Source: Nitrospirota bacterium
Lineage (GTDB): Bacteria; Nitrospirota; UBA9217
Length of the DNA stretch: 64,000 nucleotides
Direction: 5' to 3'
NCBI GenBank assembly: GCA_041650055.1
Contig: JBAZLV010000004.1
Span: forward strand, 33,675 to 97,674
Under the pieces are notes generated by a model. The model made no database searches. It was not told the origin of the DNA and saw nothing but the letters and a program-made list of their open reading frames with translations. Made by a program: the position numbers and the translations under genes. Below, piece after piece: positions 1-9,600 of this stretch. The number at the start of each line of letters is the position of its first letter. Within the stretch, counting starts at the first letter, position 1.

Positions 1-8
1 AGGCCTGG

Positions 9-1202
9 ATGAAGCTGTTTGAAGACCGATATAAATCCACCCAGTGGCCTTATGGATCGGGTATATGGGGGAAAAAGGAATGGATTCTTCCGCAGATAGA
101 GAATGACAACATCGTTTCTTTATATGAAGGAGGAACGAATCTATTCTGGGCTGAACGGTTTGGGAAGATCATCGGGCTCGATAATCTCTGGATCAAGTTA
201 TGCGGCAATTCTCATAGCGGCTCTTTCAAAGACCTCGGCATGACTGTTCTGGTATCCCAGGTCAAGCAGATGATCAGTGAAGGCACGCCTATCCAGGCCG
301 TTGCTTGCGCATCAACCGGTGATACTTCAGCAGCCCTTGCAGTATACTGTGCAGCTGCGGGAATTCCCTCCATTGTCCTCTTGCCAAAAGGGAAAATATC
401 AATTGCTCAGCTCGTCCAGCCGATTGCAAATGGTTCTCTTGTTCTGTCCCTTGATACGGACTTCGACGGTTGTATGAAGGTCGTTCAGGAGATCACGAAG
501 GATGAGACCCTTTATCTTGCCAATTCCATGAATTCGCTCAGGATCGAAGGCCAGAAGACCGTCGGCATAGAGATCGTCCAACAGTTTGACTGGGAGACTC
601 CTGATGTAATCATCATTCCCGGAGGAAACCTCGGGAATGTTTCTGCACTCGGAAGTGGTTTACTCATGATGCGTGATCTTGGACTTATCACCAAGCTGCC
701 ACGCATCGTGGTAGCCCAGGCAGAGCGCGCAAACCCGCTTTACCGTTCGTATCTCAAAAAGTTTGAATCATTTGAACCCATGCAGGCTGAGAAAACTCTC
801 GCGAGCGCCATCCAGATCGGAAATCCGGTGAGCATCGAGAAAGCAATCAGAACGCTGAAGCAGTTTAACGGTATCGTGATGGATGCAACAGAAGAAGAAC
901 TGGCAGATGCGGCCGCACTCGGAGACACAACCGGAATGTTTAACTGTCCGCATACCGGTGTCGCACTTGCCGCTTTGATCAAGCTTATCAAGAAAGGTTC
1001 GATCGATAAATCCGAACATGTTGTGGTCATATCCACAGCACACGGCTTGAAATTCACGGATTTCAAAGTTCGCTATCATGAAGAAAAACTCGAGTTTCCG
1101 AGCAAATATGCCAATAAGCCGATCGAAGTTCCCGCCCGCGTTGATGCTGTGAAAAAAGCACTTGACGAGGCATTGAAAAAGAGGAGAACCGCTGATGTCT
1201 AA
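9..1202 (+). CDS. thrC: Threonine synthase (PLP fold type II). The 5' end lies 8 nt from the window edge and may be truncated.
   Basis: 397-aa ORF with the PLP-lysine motif 'HSGSFKDLG' and a '[19 protein letters not shown]' glycine-rich loop, typical of ThrC. Confidence 0.8.
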   Translation: MKLFEDRYKSTQWPYGSGIWGKKEWILPQIENDNIVSLYEGGTNLFWAERFGKIIGLDNLWIKLCGNSHSGSFKDLGMTVLVSQVKQMISEGTPIQAVACASTGDTSAALAVYCAAAGIPSIVLLPKGKISIAQLVQPIANGSLVLSLDTDFDGCMKVVQEITKDETLYLANSMNSLRIEGQKTVGIEIVQQFDWETPDVIIIPGGNLGNVSALGSGLLMMRDLGLITKLPRIVVAQAERANPLYRSYLKKFESFEPMQAEKTLASAIQIGNPVSIEKAIRTLKQFNGIVMDATEEELADAAALGDTTGMFNCPHTGVALAALIKLIKKGSIDKSEHVVVISTAHGLKFTDFKVRYHEEKLEFPSKYANKPIEVPARVDAVKKALDEALKKRRTADV

Positions 1203-2406
1203 GAAAACAACATCATCTTCAAAAAACTGGAAACCGGCCACCCTGGGAATTCATGGTTTGGGCCATGTTCCGCATGCACATCATGCTGTTTCCACGCCGA
1301 TTGTCCAGACATCAAATTACTATTTCGAGAATACCGACGAAGTCTACGCGTTTATGAAGGCAAAAAGCGAAGGCCGGATCATTCGTGAACATGAGTACGG
1401 GCGGTATGGCAATCCAACCCAGCAGGAATGCGAACGGAAGCTTGCAGCCATTGAAGGTGCAGAGCGGGCAATCTTGTTCTCAACAGGGATGAGCGCTGTG
1501 ATCCTGACCCTGCTCACCTATATGCGTCCGGACGGGCATATCATTTTTACGAGCGATTGCTACCGCCAGACACGAGATTTTGCAAAGAACACGCTGGCGA
1601 AATTCGGTATCAAAGTCACGATGGTTGATCCGACCGCAGAAGCAATCGAAAAAGCAATACAGCCAAACACCAATATCATTTTTACTGAATCACCTACGAA
1701 CCCCTATCTTCGCGTACTTGATCTTCCGGCAATCGTGAAAGTCGCAAAAAAACGGGGCATCATGACGATGATTGATGCCACCTTTGCAACACCGTATAAT
1801 CAAAAGCCGCTCGATCTTGGTATTGATATCGTGATTCATTCAGCTACAAAATACTTCGGCGGTCATAACGATCTGCTTGCAGGCGTTGTTCTGGGAAAAC
1901 ACGACCTCTTAAACGATCTCTACAAAATGCAGCGGATGATCGGCGCAACCCTTGGGCCATTCTCCTGTTTTCTGCTTGAACGGGGTCTCAAGACCTTCGG
2001 CTTGCGTATGGAACAGCACAATCGCGCCGGGCTCGAAATTGCCCGCATGCTTGAATCCCATCCAAAAATTGAAAAGGTGTGGTATCCGGGGCTTGCTTCT
2101 CATCCTGACCATGTCATAGCAACCCAGCAGATGAAAGGCTTTGGGAGCGTCATCACGTTCCTAGTGAAAGGAAATGACGCAGATACTAGAAAATTCATCG
2201 ACAGCCTCGAGCTTTTTCTGATCACGCCGAGCCTTGGCGGAAGCGAAAGTTTGGTAACCCAGATGTCTATGATGTCTTTCTTTGATTATCCGGAAGACTA
2301 TCGCCAGAATATCGGGATTGTGGACAATCTGGTCAGGATCGCACTGGGACTCGAGGATGTGGATGATCTTATTGCGGATCTGAAACAGGCGTTGGAAAAA
2401 ATCTGA
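1195..2406 (+). CDS. Cys/Met-metabolism PLP enzyme (cystathionine gamma-synthase / O-acylhomoserine sulfhydrylase family).
   Basis: 403 aa with '[11 protein letters not shown]' (the PLP-Lys motif of the trans-sulfuration family). ATG at 1195 follows a GAGGAGAA RBS. Overlaps the thrC stop, which suggests an operon. Confidence 0.8.
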   Translation: MSKKTTSSSKNWKPATLGIHGLGHVPHAHHAVSTPIVQTSNYYFENTDEVYAFMKAKSEGRIIREHEYGRYGNPTQQECERKLAAIEGAERAILFSTGMSAVILTLLTYMRPDGHIIFTSDCYRQTRDFAKNTLAKFGIKVTMVDPTAEAIEKAIQPNTNIIFTESPTNPYLRVLDLPAIVKVAKKRGIMTMIDATFATPYNQKPLDLGIDIVIHSATKYFGGHNDLLAGVVLGKHDLLNDLYKMQRMIGATLGPFSCFLLERGLKTFGLRMEQHNRAGLEIARMLESHPKIEKVWYPGLASHPDHVIATQQMKGFGSVITFLVKGNDADTRKFIDSLELFLITPSLGGSESLVTQMSMMSFFDYPEDYRQNIGIVDNLVRIALGLEDVDDLIADLKQALEKI

Positions 2407-2413
2407 AGAAGAC

Positions 2414-3127
2414 CTACGCCTTTCCTATTTTCTTCACAAATATTTCCCTGGTAATGCTCTTATCAACCGCGACCATGGTTTCTCCGAACTGGATCACGTA
2501 CGAGGGCCTTTTCTGATGCAGTTTCAGCACGCTGCCCGGAAGAATTCCCATTGCTGAAAGGCGGTCAAGCCGAGAATGGGACTCTGGAGTGATAAATACG
2601 ATTTTTGCCTGCTCCCCGGGCATAAGATCAGCCAGAGGAATGACCAATGGCCTTATTTCCTGCTTAAATAATGAACAGCATTTGCCACGAGGGATCGGCT
2701 TGCCATCCGGCGAGGTCGGCGGATGGCCCAGCAGTGTGCATACGCTGTCCGTCACCTCAGGGGAAAGAATATGTTCGAACTTGCAGGCTTCGGCTTCAGC
2801 CCGGTCAAGCGCAAAAAGATCGTGAAACAGCCGAAGCGAAAGCCGATGTCGCCGCACAAGCTCGCGGGCACGATCATCTCCTTTCGGAAGCAGCTCCAGC
2901 ATCTGGCCTTTGCTTTTTATCCATCCGTTTTTAGCCAGCTGCTTCAGAATGGATTCGCACCCCTTTATCGCGCAGTGTTCCAGTACTTGATCGAGCGTCA
3001 GAATTCCTTCTTCTCGAAGCGTCCAGATGATCTCAAGAAGTTCATCCTCTTTTTCGATCTCAGGCAAAACACATAAGGAAGGATGACCAGCTTTTCCTTC
3101 AGGAATATCAGTTTTTTGATCTTTCAT
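2414..3127 (-). CDS. DtxR/MntR-family metal-dependent repressor fused to a C-terminal FeoA domain.
   Basis: N-terminal HTH and 'ELVRRHRLSLRLF' dimerisation helix typical of DtxR. C-terminal SH3-like FeoA signature 'GEQAKIVFI...LSAMGILPGSVLKL'. GAGGTG RBS. Confidence 0.7.
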   Translation of the reverse strand: MKDQKTDIPEGKAGHPSLCVLPEIEKEDELLEIIWTLREEGILTLDQVLEHCAIKGCESILKQLAKNGWIKSKGQMLELLPKGDDRARELVRRHRLSLRLFHDLFALDRAEAEACKFEHILSPEVTDSVCTLLGHPPTSPDGKPIPRGKCCSLFKQEIRPLVIPLADLMPGEQAKIVFITPESHSRLDRLSAMGILPGSVLKLHQKRPSYVIQFGETMVAVDKSITREIFVKKIGKA

Positions 3128-3161
3128 GGGTCACCTCATTTCATTCTTTACGACTCCATGC

Positions 3162-5141
3162 CTACAAAACAATATTGAATGTCTTAAATACTAAGTGTAC
3201 CAAAGCCCCAATACCGAATGCAAACGGGAAAATAAATGCTACCATGTACAGCGCAATCTTGAGCCCACGCTCTTTCACCATCATGAAAAAATTCGCAATA
3301 CAGGGAACAAACAAAGTCATAACGATAAGCCCGATCACAATCTGATTTGGATTCAGCATTCCCTCCTTTGCAAGCACGAAGAGGCCCGCTGCGCCATAGT
3401 CTCTCCGTAAAAAGCCGATCACAAATGCTTCCGCTGCTTTGCTGGGAAGTCCGAGAAGCCCCACAACCAGTGGATCAGTTATTTTTTGAAGATAGTCAAG
3501 TGCTCCCAGTGTATGTCCCAGAAAAAGAATAAGCGTCCCTAGGATAAAGAGCGGAACCGCTTCCTTTAAATACCATTCAACCCTGGCAAGCGTCTTGACA
3601 AGGATATTGGATATATGCGGAATTCGCAAAGGCGGAAGCTCGAGAATAAAATCAGAGGGTTCTCCGGAGATAACCTTCGATGCAAGATAACCCGTCAGAA
3701 GCATCACCATAACAATTGTCAAAAGCCATATACCGGTGGCGACAGCTGATATACCGGATACAAGGCCAAGAATGACACCCAATTGCGCAGAGCACGGAAC
3801 TCCCAACGCAAGGAGGAGGGTCACCAAAATCCGTTCTTTTCTGGTTTCAAGAATCCGGGTTGTCAAGGTTGCCATGGTATCGCATCCAAGCCCGAGCACC
3901 ATCGGAAGAACCGCCTTTCCGTTCAGTCCCATGATCCCGAATATTCGGTTGACCATAACAGCGAGTCTCGGAAGATACCCTGAATCTTCAAGTAAACCGA
4001 ACGCGATAAAAAAGAACCCTACGATGGGAAGCACGATCGCAATTGAATAGGTCAAGGCCATCGTAACTAAACCGTATTCACCAACAAACAACTCACGTAA
4101 AAAAGGCCATGGAAATAAAAAATCCACGACCGTAGTACTCAACGGGTTCAAATAAGTTCCGAATACGGTTTTTTCCAGAAACGTTACCATGACCCCAGCG
4201 CCCAGTACTCCGACAAATTGATAGACAAGATACAACACCAGGAGAAGAATGGGAAAACCCAGGACCGGATGCATGCTCAGGGAATCGAGAAAGGAACCAA
4301 TGCTCGACTGACGGTCATCCCGTTCACGAATCATGACCTGGGCAAGAATCTGATCTGCCTTCTGAAGGCGCTTGCTCGTGATGATGTATCCAAGAGAATT
4401 ATGAAAGCGGGATTGCACCGACTGTCGTATGTGTTCGATCGTTTGAATGGAATGATGATCAACGCGAGCATGCAGCCATTCGTTCAAGCTCTGATCTCCT
4501 GAGAGAATCATCAGAGCAAGAGATCGGCGGGAAATCGGCGATTTTGGAAGAAGCGTGGCAATCTCCTCAATTCCTCGTTCAATGGGTTCTTCGTATGTTA
4601 CGCTGAGAGATGTAATGCGTGGTTTTTGGATTGCTGCGAGAAGCGAATCAATACCGTTTTTTCTAATGGCAACCGTCTTGACAACCGGAACGCCGAGCAG
4701 ATGCTCCAGTAATGCCTGATCAACGATGATACCCCTGCTTTTTGCCTCGTCATCCATGTTCAGATCAAGCAGAAAAGGAAGCCCCATTTCGGCCAGTTGC
4801 AGGGTGATGAGCAGCCCGCGCCGGAGATTCTTCGTATCGGCAACCTGGATAACCACATCGGGCCGCTCAGCGAGCAGTATATCCCGGGTGACCTCTTCAT
4901 CTTCAGACATCGGCACGAGCGTGTTCACTCCGGGCGTATCAACAACAACGCTCTTCACTTTATGTAACGTTGCATTCCCATACGTCACTTCAACCGTAGT
5001 TCCTGGATAATTGGAAACCGTGACATAGGTGCCGGTCAAAAGGCCGAACAGGGCGCTTTTGCCGACATTCGGATTTCCGATCAACAATACTTTACGGTAA
5101 CTGGATGAGGAATCAACGGTGCTAGAAGCGTTATGATGCAT
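3162..5141 (-). CDS. feoB: Ferrous iron transporter FeoB.
   Basis: 659 aa. N-terminal G-domain 'LLIGNPNVGKSALFGLLTG' (G1) and 'DTPG' (G3), followed by a polytopic membrane domain. Strong GAGGAGAAG RBS. Confidence 0.9.
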   Translation of the reverse strand: MHHNASSTVDSSSSYRKVLLIGNPNVGKSALFGLLTGTYVTVSNYPGTTVEVTYGNATLHKVKSVVVDTPGVNTLVPMSEDEEVTRDILLAERPDVVIQVADTKNLRRGLLITLQLAEMGLPFLLDLNMDDEAKSRGIIVDQALLEHLLGVPVVKTVAIRKNGIDSLLAAIQKPRITSLSVTYEEPIERGIEEIATLLPKSPISRRSLALMILSGDQSLNEWLHARVDHHSIQTIEHIRQSVQSRFHNSLGYIITSKRLQKADQILAQVMIRERDDRQSSIGSFLDSLSMHPVLGFPILLLVLYLVYQFVGVLGAGVMVTFLEKTVFGTYLNPLSTTVVDFLFPWPFLRELFVGEYGLVTMALTYSIAIVLPIVGFFFIAFGLLEDSGYLPRLAVMVNRIFGIMGLNGKAVLPMVLGLGCDTMATLTTRILETRKERILVTLLLALGVPCSAQLGVILGLVSGISAVATGIWLLTIVMVMLLTGYLASKVISGEPSDFILELPPLRIPHISNILVKTLARVEWYLKEAVPLFILGTLILFLGHTLGALDYLQKITDPLVVGLLGLPSKAAEAFVIGFLRRDYGAAGLFVLAKEGMLNPNQIVIGLIVMTLFVPCIANFFMMVKERGLKIALYMVAFIFPFAFGIGALVHLVFKTFNIVL

Positions 5142-5175
5142 TACTTCTCCTCATATCGAATGATCAATATAACTT

Positions 5176-5676
5176 TCATTTTTTTGGTAGATACATACCG
5201 TGCGTGTCTCTGGTTCTGAGTCTGTTTCTATTTTTTAGTCTATCTTTCTTCAGACAATCATTGCAGAGTCCATATAATTCCAGTTTATGACTAGCAACCT
5301 GGAAACCTCGTTTTTTAGCTACATCATGCTGGAGAGCTTCGATACGCTCGTTCTCAAATTCCATAATGGAGCCGCACCGCGTGCAGATAAGATGGTCGTG
5401 GTGTATATCCGATTCTTTATACTCGAATCGGGTAAAACCATCATGAAATCGCCGCTCTTCGGCAAGACCTGCTTCGGCAAGCAGCTTCAGGGTTCGATAT
5501 ATGGTCGCATAGCCGATACCGGGATCGGTTTTCCTGAGTTGCGCATACAGGTCCTCAGCACTCACATGTTTTTTTGCCTTGAGGAAAACCTCTAGGATTC
5601 GTTCCCGTTGGACCGTCAACCGGAGCCCTTGTCCTGCAAGAAATTGAGATAATTGTTTTTGCGGCTTGTTCTGCAT
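5176..5676 (-). CDS. fur: Fur-family transcriptional regulator.
   Basis: 'LRLTVQRERILEVF' winged helix and the 'HHDHLICTRCG...CNDC' metal-site motifs. The internal ATG (MQNKPQ) preceded by GGAAGGAG is a better start than the alternative-start ORF beginning at 5736. Confidence 0.8.
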   Translation of the reverse strand: MQNKPQKQLSQFLAGQGLRLTVQRERILEVFLKAKKHVSAEDLYAQLRKTDPGIGYATIYRTLKLLAEAGLAEERRFHDGFTRFEYKESDIHHDHLICTRCGSIMEFENERIEALQHDVAKKRGFQVASHKLELYGLCNDCLKKDRLKNRNRLRTRDTHGMYLPKK

Positions 5677-5743
5677 AGCTCCTTCTTGAGAATGATTTTC
5701 AATAAGATTTGTACCATCATCCCGCCTTTCTGTCAACAGAAAA

Positions 5744-5778
5744 CAAAAAGGCCCTCTTTAAATACAAGAGGGCCTTTT
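5744..5778. terminator. Rho-independent terminator (bidirectional hairpin).
   Basis: Perfect inverted repeat AAAAGGCCCTCTT-taaatac-AAGAGGGCCTTTT with A/T runs on both sides. Lies between the end of the lipoprotein operon and the fur start. Confidence 0.6.
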
Positions 5779-5804
5779 CAAGGATATACCAGAATAAGTT
5801 TCTT

Positions 5805-6575
5805 TTACAATTTCATCAGTGCATCCTGCTTCTGATTCCAGAGAAGCCACTCATCCGTTTCACTACTCGGATCAAATTTTTGCGGTTTTGAAGCAGTGCC
5901 GTCCGGTGTCACCGTGACCTGCTGCATGGCCATGACAATAACCGTCCATTCCTGCATGGCTACCTCATGATACGGCGGCGGAACCGCATGAGGCCCGGGT
6001 ACTTGTTTCGGTCTCGATAGTCCGGCCTGCGGTTGCGTTGCTTCCGGCTTCGGCGTCCCGGAAACAGATACCGAACCTTCATACACTCGGAACAGAGAAC
6101 TTGCATCCGGTTCAATAGTCACTCCGTACACCGTGCCCCGGACTCCGGCGACTGCATTCGAAGTCTCCACCGCGACTGCTGACTTCGGGGTCGTCAGTTT
6201 TTTTACCTGTGCCCAGAGTTTTCCCATGAAAAGGCTGATTTTGAAATGCTTGTCCTTTGTTCCTTTATCATAGGACAACTCCTGGATTCTGAATGAAGAA
6301 GCCTCGGCAAATCGCATGACTGTCCGGTCAGGGAAACGAATTGCAAGCCGTGCGCCTTTTTCCACGGTCACCGAATCGTGCCTGGCTAGTTTGTCGCCGA
6401 TCTTCAGTATCCGGCCTTCAGGATTGGCTGCGGAAACCGTCCGGACGGTGCCGGTAACCATGCTCACAACCGCATTTTTCGGCCCTTGCTCCGCGATGGA
6501 AACCAGTGGATAACCTGAAAGCAATCCAACCATGCAGAGGCTCAACACAATCTGTTTCATCATGTTTTTCTCCAC
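5805..6575 (-). CDS. Secreted FecR-domain-like protein.
   Basis: Signal peptide 'MMKQIVLSLCMVGLLSGYPLVSIA', then a beta-rich region resembling the FecR/anti-sigma periplasmic domain. Last gene of the minus-strand lipoprotein cluster. Confidence 0.35.
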   Translation of the reverse strand: MEKNMMKQIVLSLCMVGLLSGYPLVSIAEQGPKNAVVSMVTGTVRTVSAANPEGRILKIGDKLARHDSVTVEKGARLAIRFPDRTVMRFAEASSFRIQELSYDKGTKDKHFKISLFMGKLWAQVKKLTTPKSAVAVETSNAVAGVRGTVYGVTIEPDASSLFRVYEGSVSVSGTPKPEATQPQAGLSRPKQVPGPHAVPPPYHEVAMQEWTVIVMAMQQVTVTPDGTASKPQKFDPSSETDEWLLWNQKQDALMKL

Positions 6576-6576
6576 G

Positions 6577-7548
6577 TTACTGAATGCTTACTTTTACGAT
6601 GTCGCCAGTCTTAAAGCCCTGGCCTGATCGAGATTGAGCCACAGAGAGATCCATGTCCGCGCCAAGATCATTTTTAATCACCAGGGCCGTGCCGATCAAA
6701 TCTTCCATGGTTCCCAGTCTTTGCTTGGTCTCCGGATCGATGATCTCTTCACCTGCGCGGTACACATCGAGCTTGTCACCTACGTTCAACCCTGATTTCT
6801 GACCAGCATTAATGTACAAACTGGTGCCGGAAACTTTGGCGACCCGTCCGCTCCATTTCCGGGTCCCAAGTTGTTTCATCATGTTGACCATGCCTTTGGT
6901 AAGGGCATCCCGCAGCGCGCCGTCACGCAATGACGTGTCATAGCCTGCCTTGCTGCCGGCTCCCAGGAAGGTCGAGGTTTTTTTATCGTAGATCCCGGTT
7001 CCGGAATCAGCCAGTATCTGAACACCGGTTGATGTGTCGACAATGCGATAGTCGACAGTCACGGATGCAATCTGTTTTTTGCTCTTGCCGAGAATATAGT
7101 CGCTGCCCTCTTCTGTTTCGGCGTATGCTGTAACCGCTCCGGTGACAATCGCGTTCAACCCCATGACCTGTCCCATTCTGGCTGCGGTTTCAGGATTGAT
7201 CGCACCGGTCGCTCCCATCCGCTGCTGGGCAAGGATTGACTGCATATCCTGCTGCGGAACAACGATAAACCGGCCTGTTTTTTGAAGAATCGTACCCAGA
7301 ATATCGGCTGCTGCTTCACCAATACCCAGAACCCGGGAAGGCGTTCTATTTTGGAAATTCACAACTCCAACCCTGAGTTTCGGGCCTCTATATTCGGATA
7401 TGCTGCTGCTCGTAGGAAGCTGCTTCGTGGTATCCGTTAATGTAGGATCATCCTTGACTGCTCCTGACGTGGTCGGACTGCATCCGGTTGCAATCATGCC
7501 AAGGACTACAAAAATGCTTATGCCAAAAAAAACCATACTTTTTTTCAT
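6577..7548 (-). CDS. CsgG-family outer-membrane lipoprotein (curli-type secretion channel homologue).
   Basis: Lipobox 'LGMIATGCS'. Shows the CsgG core pattern 'LRVGVVNFQNRT...GRFIVVPQQDMQSILAQQ...NAIVTGAVTAY...VTVDYRIVDTSTGVQIL'. Start set at MKKSMVFF after a GGGAGGAA RBS. Confidence 0.65.
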   Translation of the reverse strand: MKKSMVFFGISIFVVLGMIATGCSPTTSGAVKDDPTLTDTTKQLPTSSSISEYRGPKLRVGVVNFQNRTPSRVLGIGEAAADILGTILQKTGRFIVVPQQDMQSILAQQRMGATGAINPETAARMGQVMGLNAIVTGAVTAYAETEEGSDYILGKSKKQIASVTVDYRIVDTSTGVQILADSGTGIYDKKTSTFLGAGSKAGYDTSLRDGALRDALTKGMVNMMKQLGTRKWSGRVAKVSGTSLYINAGQKSGLNVGDKLDVYRAGEEIIDPETKQRLGTMEDLIGTALVIKNDLGADMDLSVAQSRSGQGFKTGDIVKVSIQ

Positions 7549-7597
7549 TCGTTCCTCCCCTGTATAAAAAATCAAATCATGAATATGAAGAATAGAG

Positions 7598-8371
7598 CTA
7601 AAACGTCTTCAGCGGTGCATTGGGATTCACCGGTTTGCTGCTGCTTATGCCGAAAGACCCTGGTCCCCACGGTACGTTGCTCGATATCCGTTCGACCAGT
7701 TGTGTTGATTCGTAATCAAGATGAATCCCAATCGCTTTTGTGATCAGCTTCACACCTAAACTTATGGCAAATGATTTCGTGATATCTTCCGTACCTGTGG
7801 TGCCTTGATAAAGAGTTATCCACGGCACTTCGTTGTCTCGTGAATCAAATATTTTTGCCACCACCGCTGTAGCACCTCCTGCTTTTCCCTTCATATATAC
7901 TTCACTTTTGACGCCAAGTCCCTGTTGGAACAGAGTTACACCCGTTTGCGTATTCACCAGTTTGAATTTTGCACGAACCTTCCTTACATTATAGGCTCCA
8001 GTCGTTACTTCATCAAAATCCATTAACGTGCCGTACAATATCCCTTCAACATCGAGTGTCTTGCCCAGTTCCTGCGGTGTTGTCATATCCAGCTGGCCGC
8101 CTAATGTTATGCCCATCTGATCCCGAAGGATCTGATCCGTTGCTTTGATATCCATGACAACATACGATCGGCGCTCCAATGCTTTTACCATTTTCTTGCG
8201 GACGACATCCGGGCCTTCAACATCAGCGGTATCGTTCCGCATCGGAAGAACAGCAACCCGTTTAAGCGGGTTATTTACATCACAATAAAGAGGAACTTGA
8301 CGGGATACTGAACATGCCGTCAGCATAATCATCACGGATATCAATGCGTACGGGATTGTTCTTTTTCGCAT
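7598..8371 (-). CDS. DUF799-like lipoprotein (a CsgG-associated partner).
   Basis: Lipobox 'MLTACS' and a 'VAVLPMRNDTADVEG' pattern. Sits immediately upstream of the CsgG-like gene, as in the conserved CsgG-like/DUF799 neighbourhood. Confidence 0.45.
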   Translation of the reverse strand: MRKRTIPYALISVMIMLTACSVSRQVPLYCDVNNPLKRVAVLPMRNDTADVEGPDVVRKKMVKALERRSYVVMDIKATDQILRDQMGITLGGQLDMTTPQELGKTLDVEGILYGTLMDFDEVTTGAYNVRKVRAKFKLVNTQTGVTLFQQGLGVKSEVYMKGKAGGATAVVAKIFDSRDNEVPWITLYQGTTGTEDITKSFAISLGVKLITKAIGIHLDYESTQLVERISSNVPWGPGSFGISSSKPVNPNAPLKTF

Positions 8372-8390
8372 GGAGACTCGTACCTCAAAA

Positions 8391-9473
8391 TTAGTACACA
8401 ATAATCACTCTGCAATATTGAAGAAAATTATTCTGACTGTTCAAACGGCGAAGCATCTCAGCATCAGCGGCGCCTACCACAATGTCCGTTTTTCCTTTGC
8501 CGGATGCTCCCGTAGCCTTGATCACCGCCGGATTGTCCGTCACCCGGAAATTATGAGCAGCAGCCTGCACTTCTTTCGCATAACCGGCAGCTCCCTGTTC
8601 AACAACATTCGTCCTGGTCACGATCTTGCCCACGTAAATTTCCTGTCCCTGAGGATCCAGGATTCGTGGCAAAAGAGCCGGTCGAAGTCCGGTGCCGCGC
8701 CCATCAATAACCACACCGGTAGCAACGCCACCTTTAAAATCAATGGTTGGTTCAGAAGCAGGCAGTGATGGTTGTACTGGTTCAACCTTCTTTTCAGGCT
8801 CAACGGATGGTATGGATGGCAATTCTTTCTTTTGAGAATCACTCACGGGTGGAGAAGGCTCTTCTTTTTTGCCGGGGCCAGCAGGAACCGGAGTTGCGGA
8901 TCCGGAATCAGGGCGTTTTTCAGGAACTGATGGTGTAATCCCTGGTTTTGAAGGTGGTACGGGTTCGGGCTGAGGTTGTATAATTGTGGGTTTCCGGGAC
9001 GGAATTGAAATACCGCCGAATGTCTGGGGCACAAGCGTATCCAGAAACGCTCCCTGAATGGGTATTGCAACCTGTACTTCAACCGATCCATCGGAAAAAT
9101 AATCGGTCTTCACCACTCGTGCTCCCTGTACAATGCCTTCCACTCTTGTCCGAATAACATCATTTTTAACCAGAACATTTTCGACCACGGTCTCTGAATC
9201 TATCCTGACGCCCTGGATAACCTCGAGAAGATTCCTGATCGCAACAAGAAATCCTGCCCGTTCGGTCATGGCCCGGGCTTGTGCCGGATTAACCGCGAGC
9301 CGTGAAGGAACACCGATGCCGGTTGCCATAATTTCGCCGGTCGTCCAGTTGATCCGGCCGGAATTCGTTGTTTCAATCGCATCTCCGGGAGTGGTTTGTT
9401 GTGCAAATGCAGAAAAACAGAATAAGAACGCCAGTACCACTGCATAAAAAGCGATTAACAATGATTTGTACAT
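8391..9473 (-). CDS. Secreted LPP20/FlgP-like protein, paralogue A, with a Pro/Ser/Glu-rich linker.
   Basis: Signal peptide 'MYKSLLIAFYAVVLAFLFCFSAFA' with GGAG 7 nt upstream. An N-terminal domain ('INWTTGEIMATGIGVP...AQARAMTERAGFLVAIRNLLE...SDGSVEVQVAI') and a C-terminal domain both align to the ORF at 12246-13097. The central linker of about 100 aa is PEPVPPSKP-rich. Confidence 0.4.
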   Translation of the reverse strand: MYKSLLIAFYAVVLAFLFCFSAFAQQTTPGDAIETTNSGRINWTTGEIMATGIGVPSRLAVNPAQARAMTERAGFLVAIRNLLEVIQGVRIDSETVVENVLVKNDVIRTRVEGIVQGARVVKTDYFSDGSVEVQVAIPIQGAFLDTLVPQTFGGISIPSRKPTIIQPQPEPVPPSKPGITPSVPEKRPDSGSATPVPAGPGKKEEPSPPVSDSQKKELPSIPSVEPEKKVEPVQPSLPASEPTIDFKGGVATGVVIDGRGTGLRPALLPRILDPQGQEIYVGKIVTRTNVVEQGAAGYAKEVQAAAHNFRVTDNPAVIKATGASGKGKTDIVVGAADAEMLRRLNSQNNFLQYCRVIIVY

Positions 9474-9547
9474 TGTCATCTCCTCATGAATGACCATCTG
9501 AGATTCGTCATGCTCATGAAAATGGGCATCCCGTAACAAGCAAAACT

Positions 9548-9570
9548 GGATTCCCGCTTTCGCGGGAAAG
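9548..9570. repeat. REP-like palindromic element (GGATTCCCGC-tttc-GCGGGAA).
   Basis: Perfect stem-loop in the spacer between convergent/adjacent genes. Same family as the palindromes at 62751-62825. Confidence 0.5.
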
Positions 9571-9600
9571 ACGACTTAGTGGGCTTCATTTAGCCCCTCA

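Noticed and set aside
768-1241. 157-aa minus-strand ORF, plus many other 60-200-aa ORFs lying antisense to or inside strong genes (e.g. 3736-4050, 12631-12894, 23051-23509, 39887-40495, 46103-46711).
   Set aside because: Each lies entirely inside a well-supported conserved gene on the other strand or in another frame. None has an RBS or motif, so they are typical shadow ORFs.
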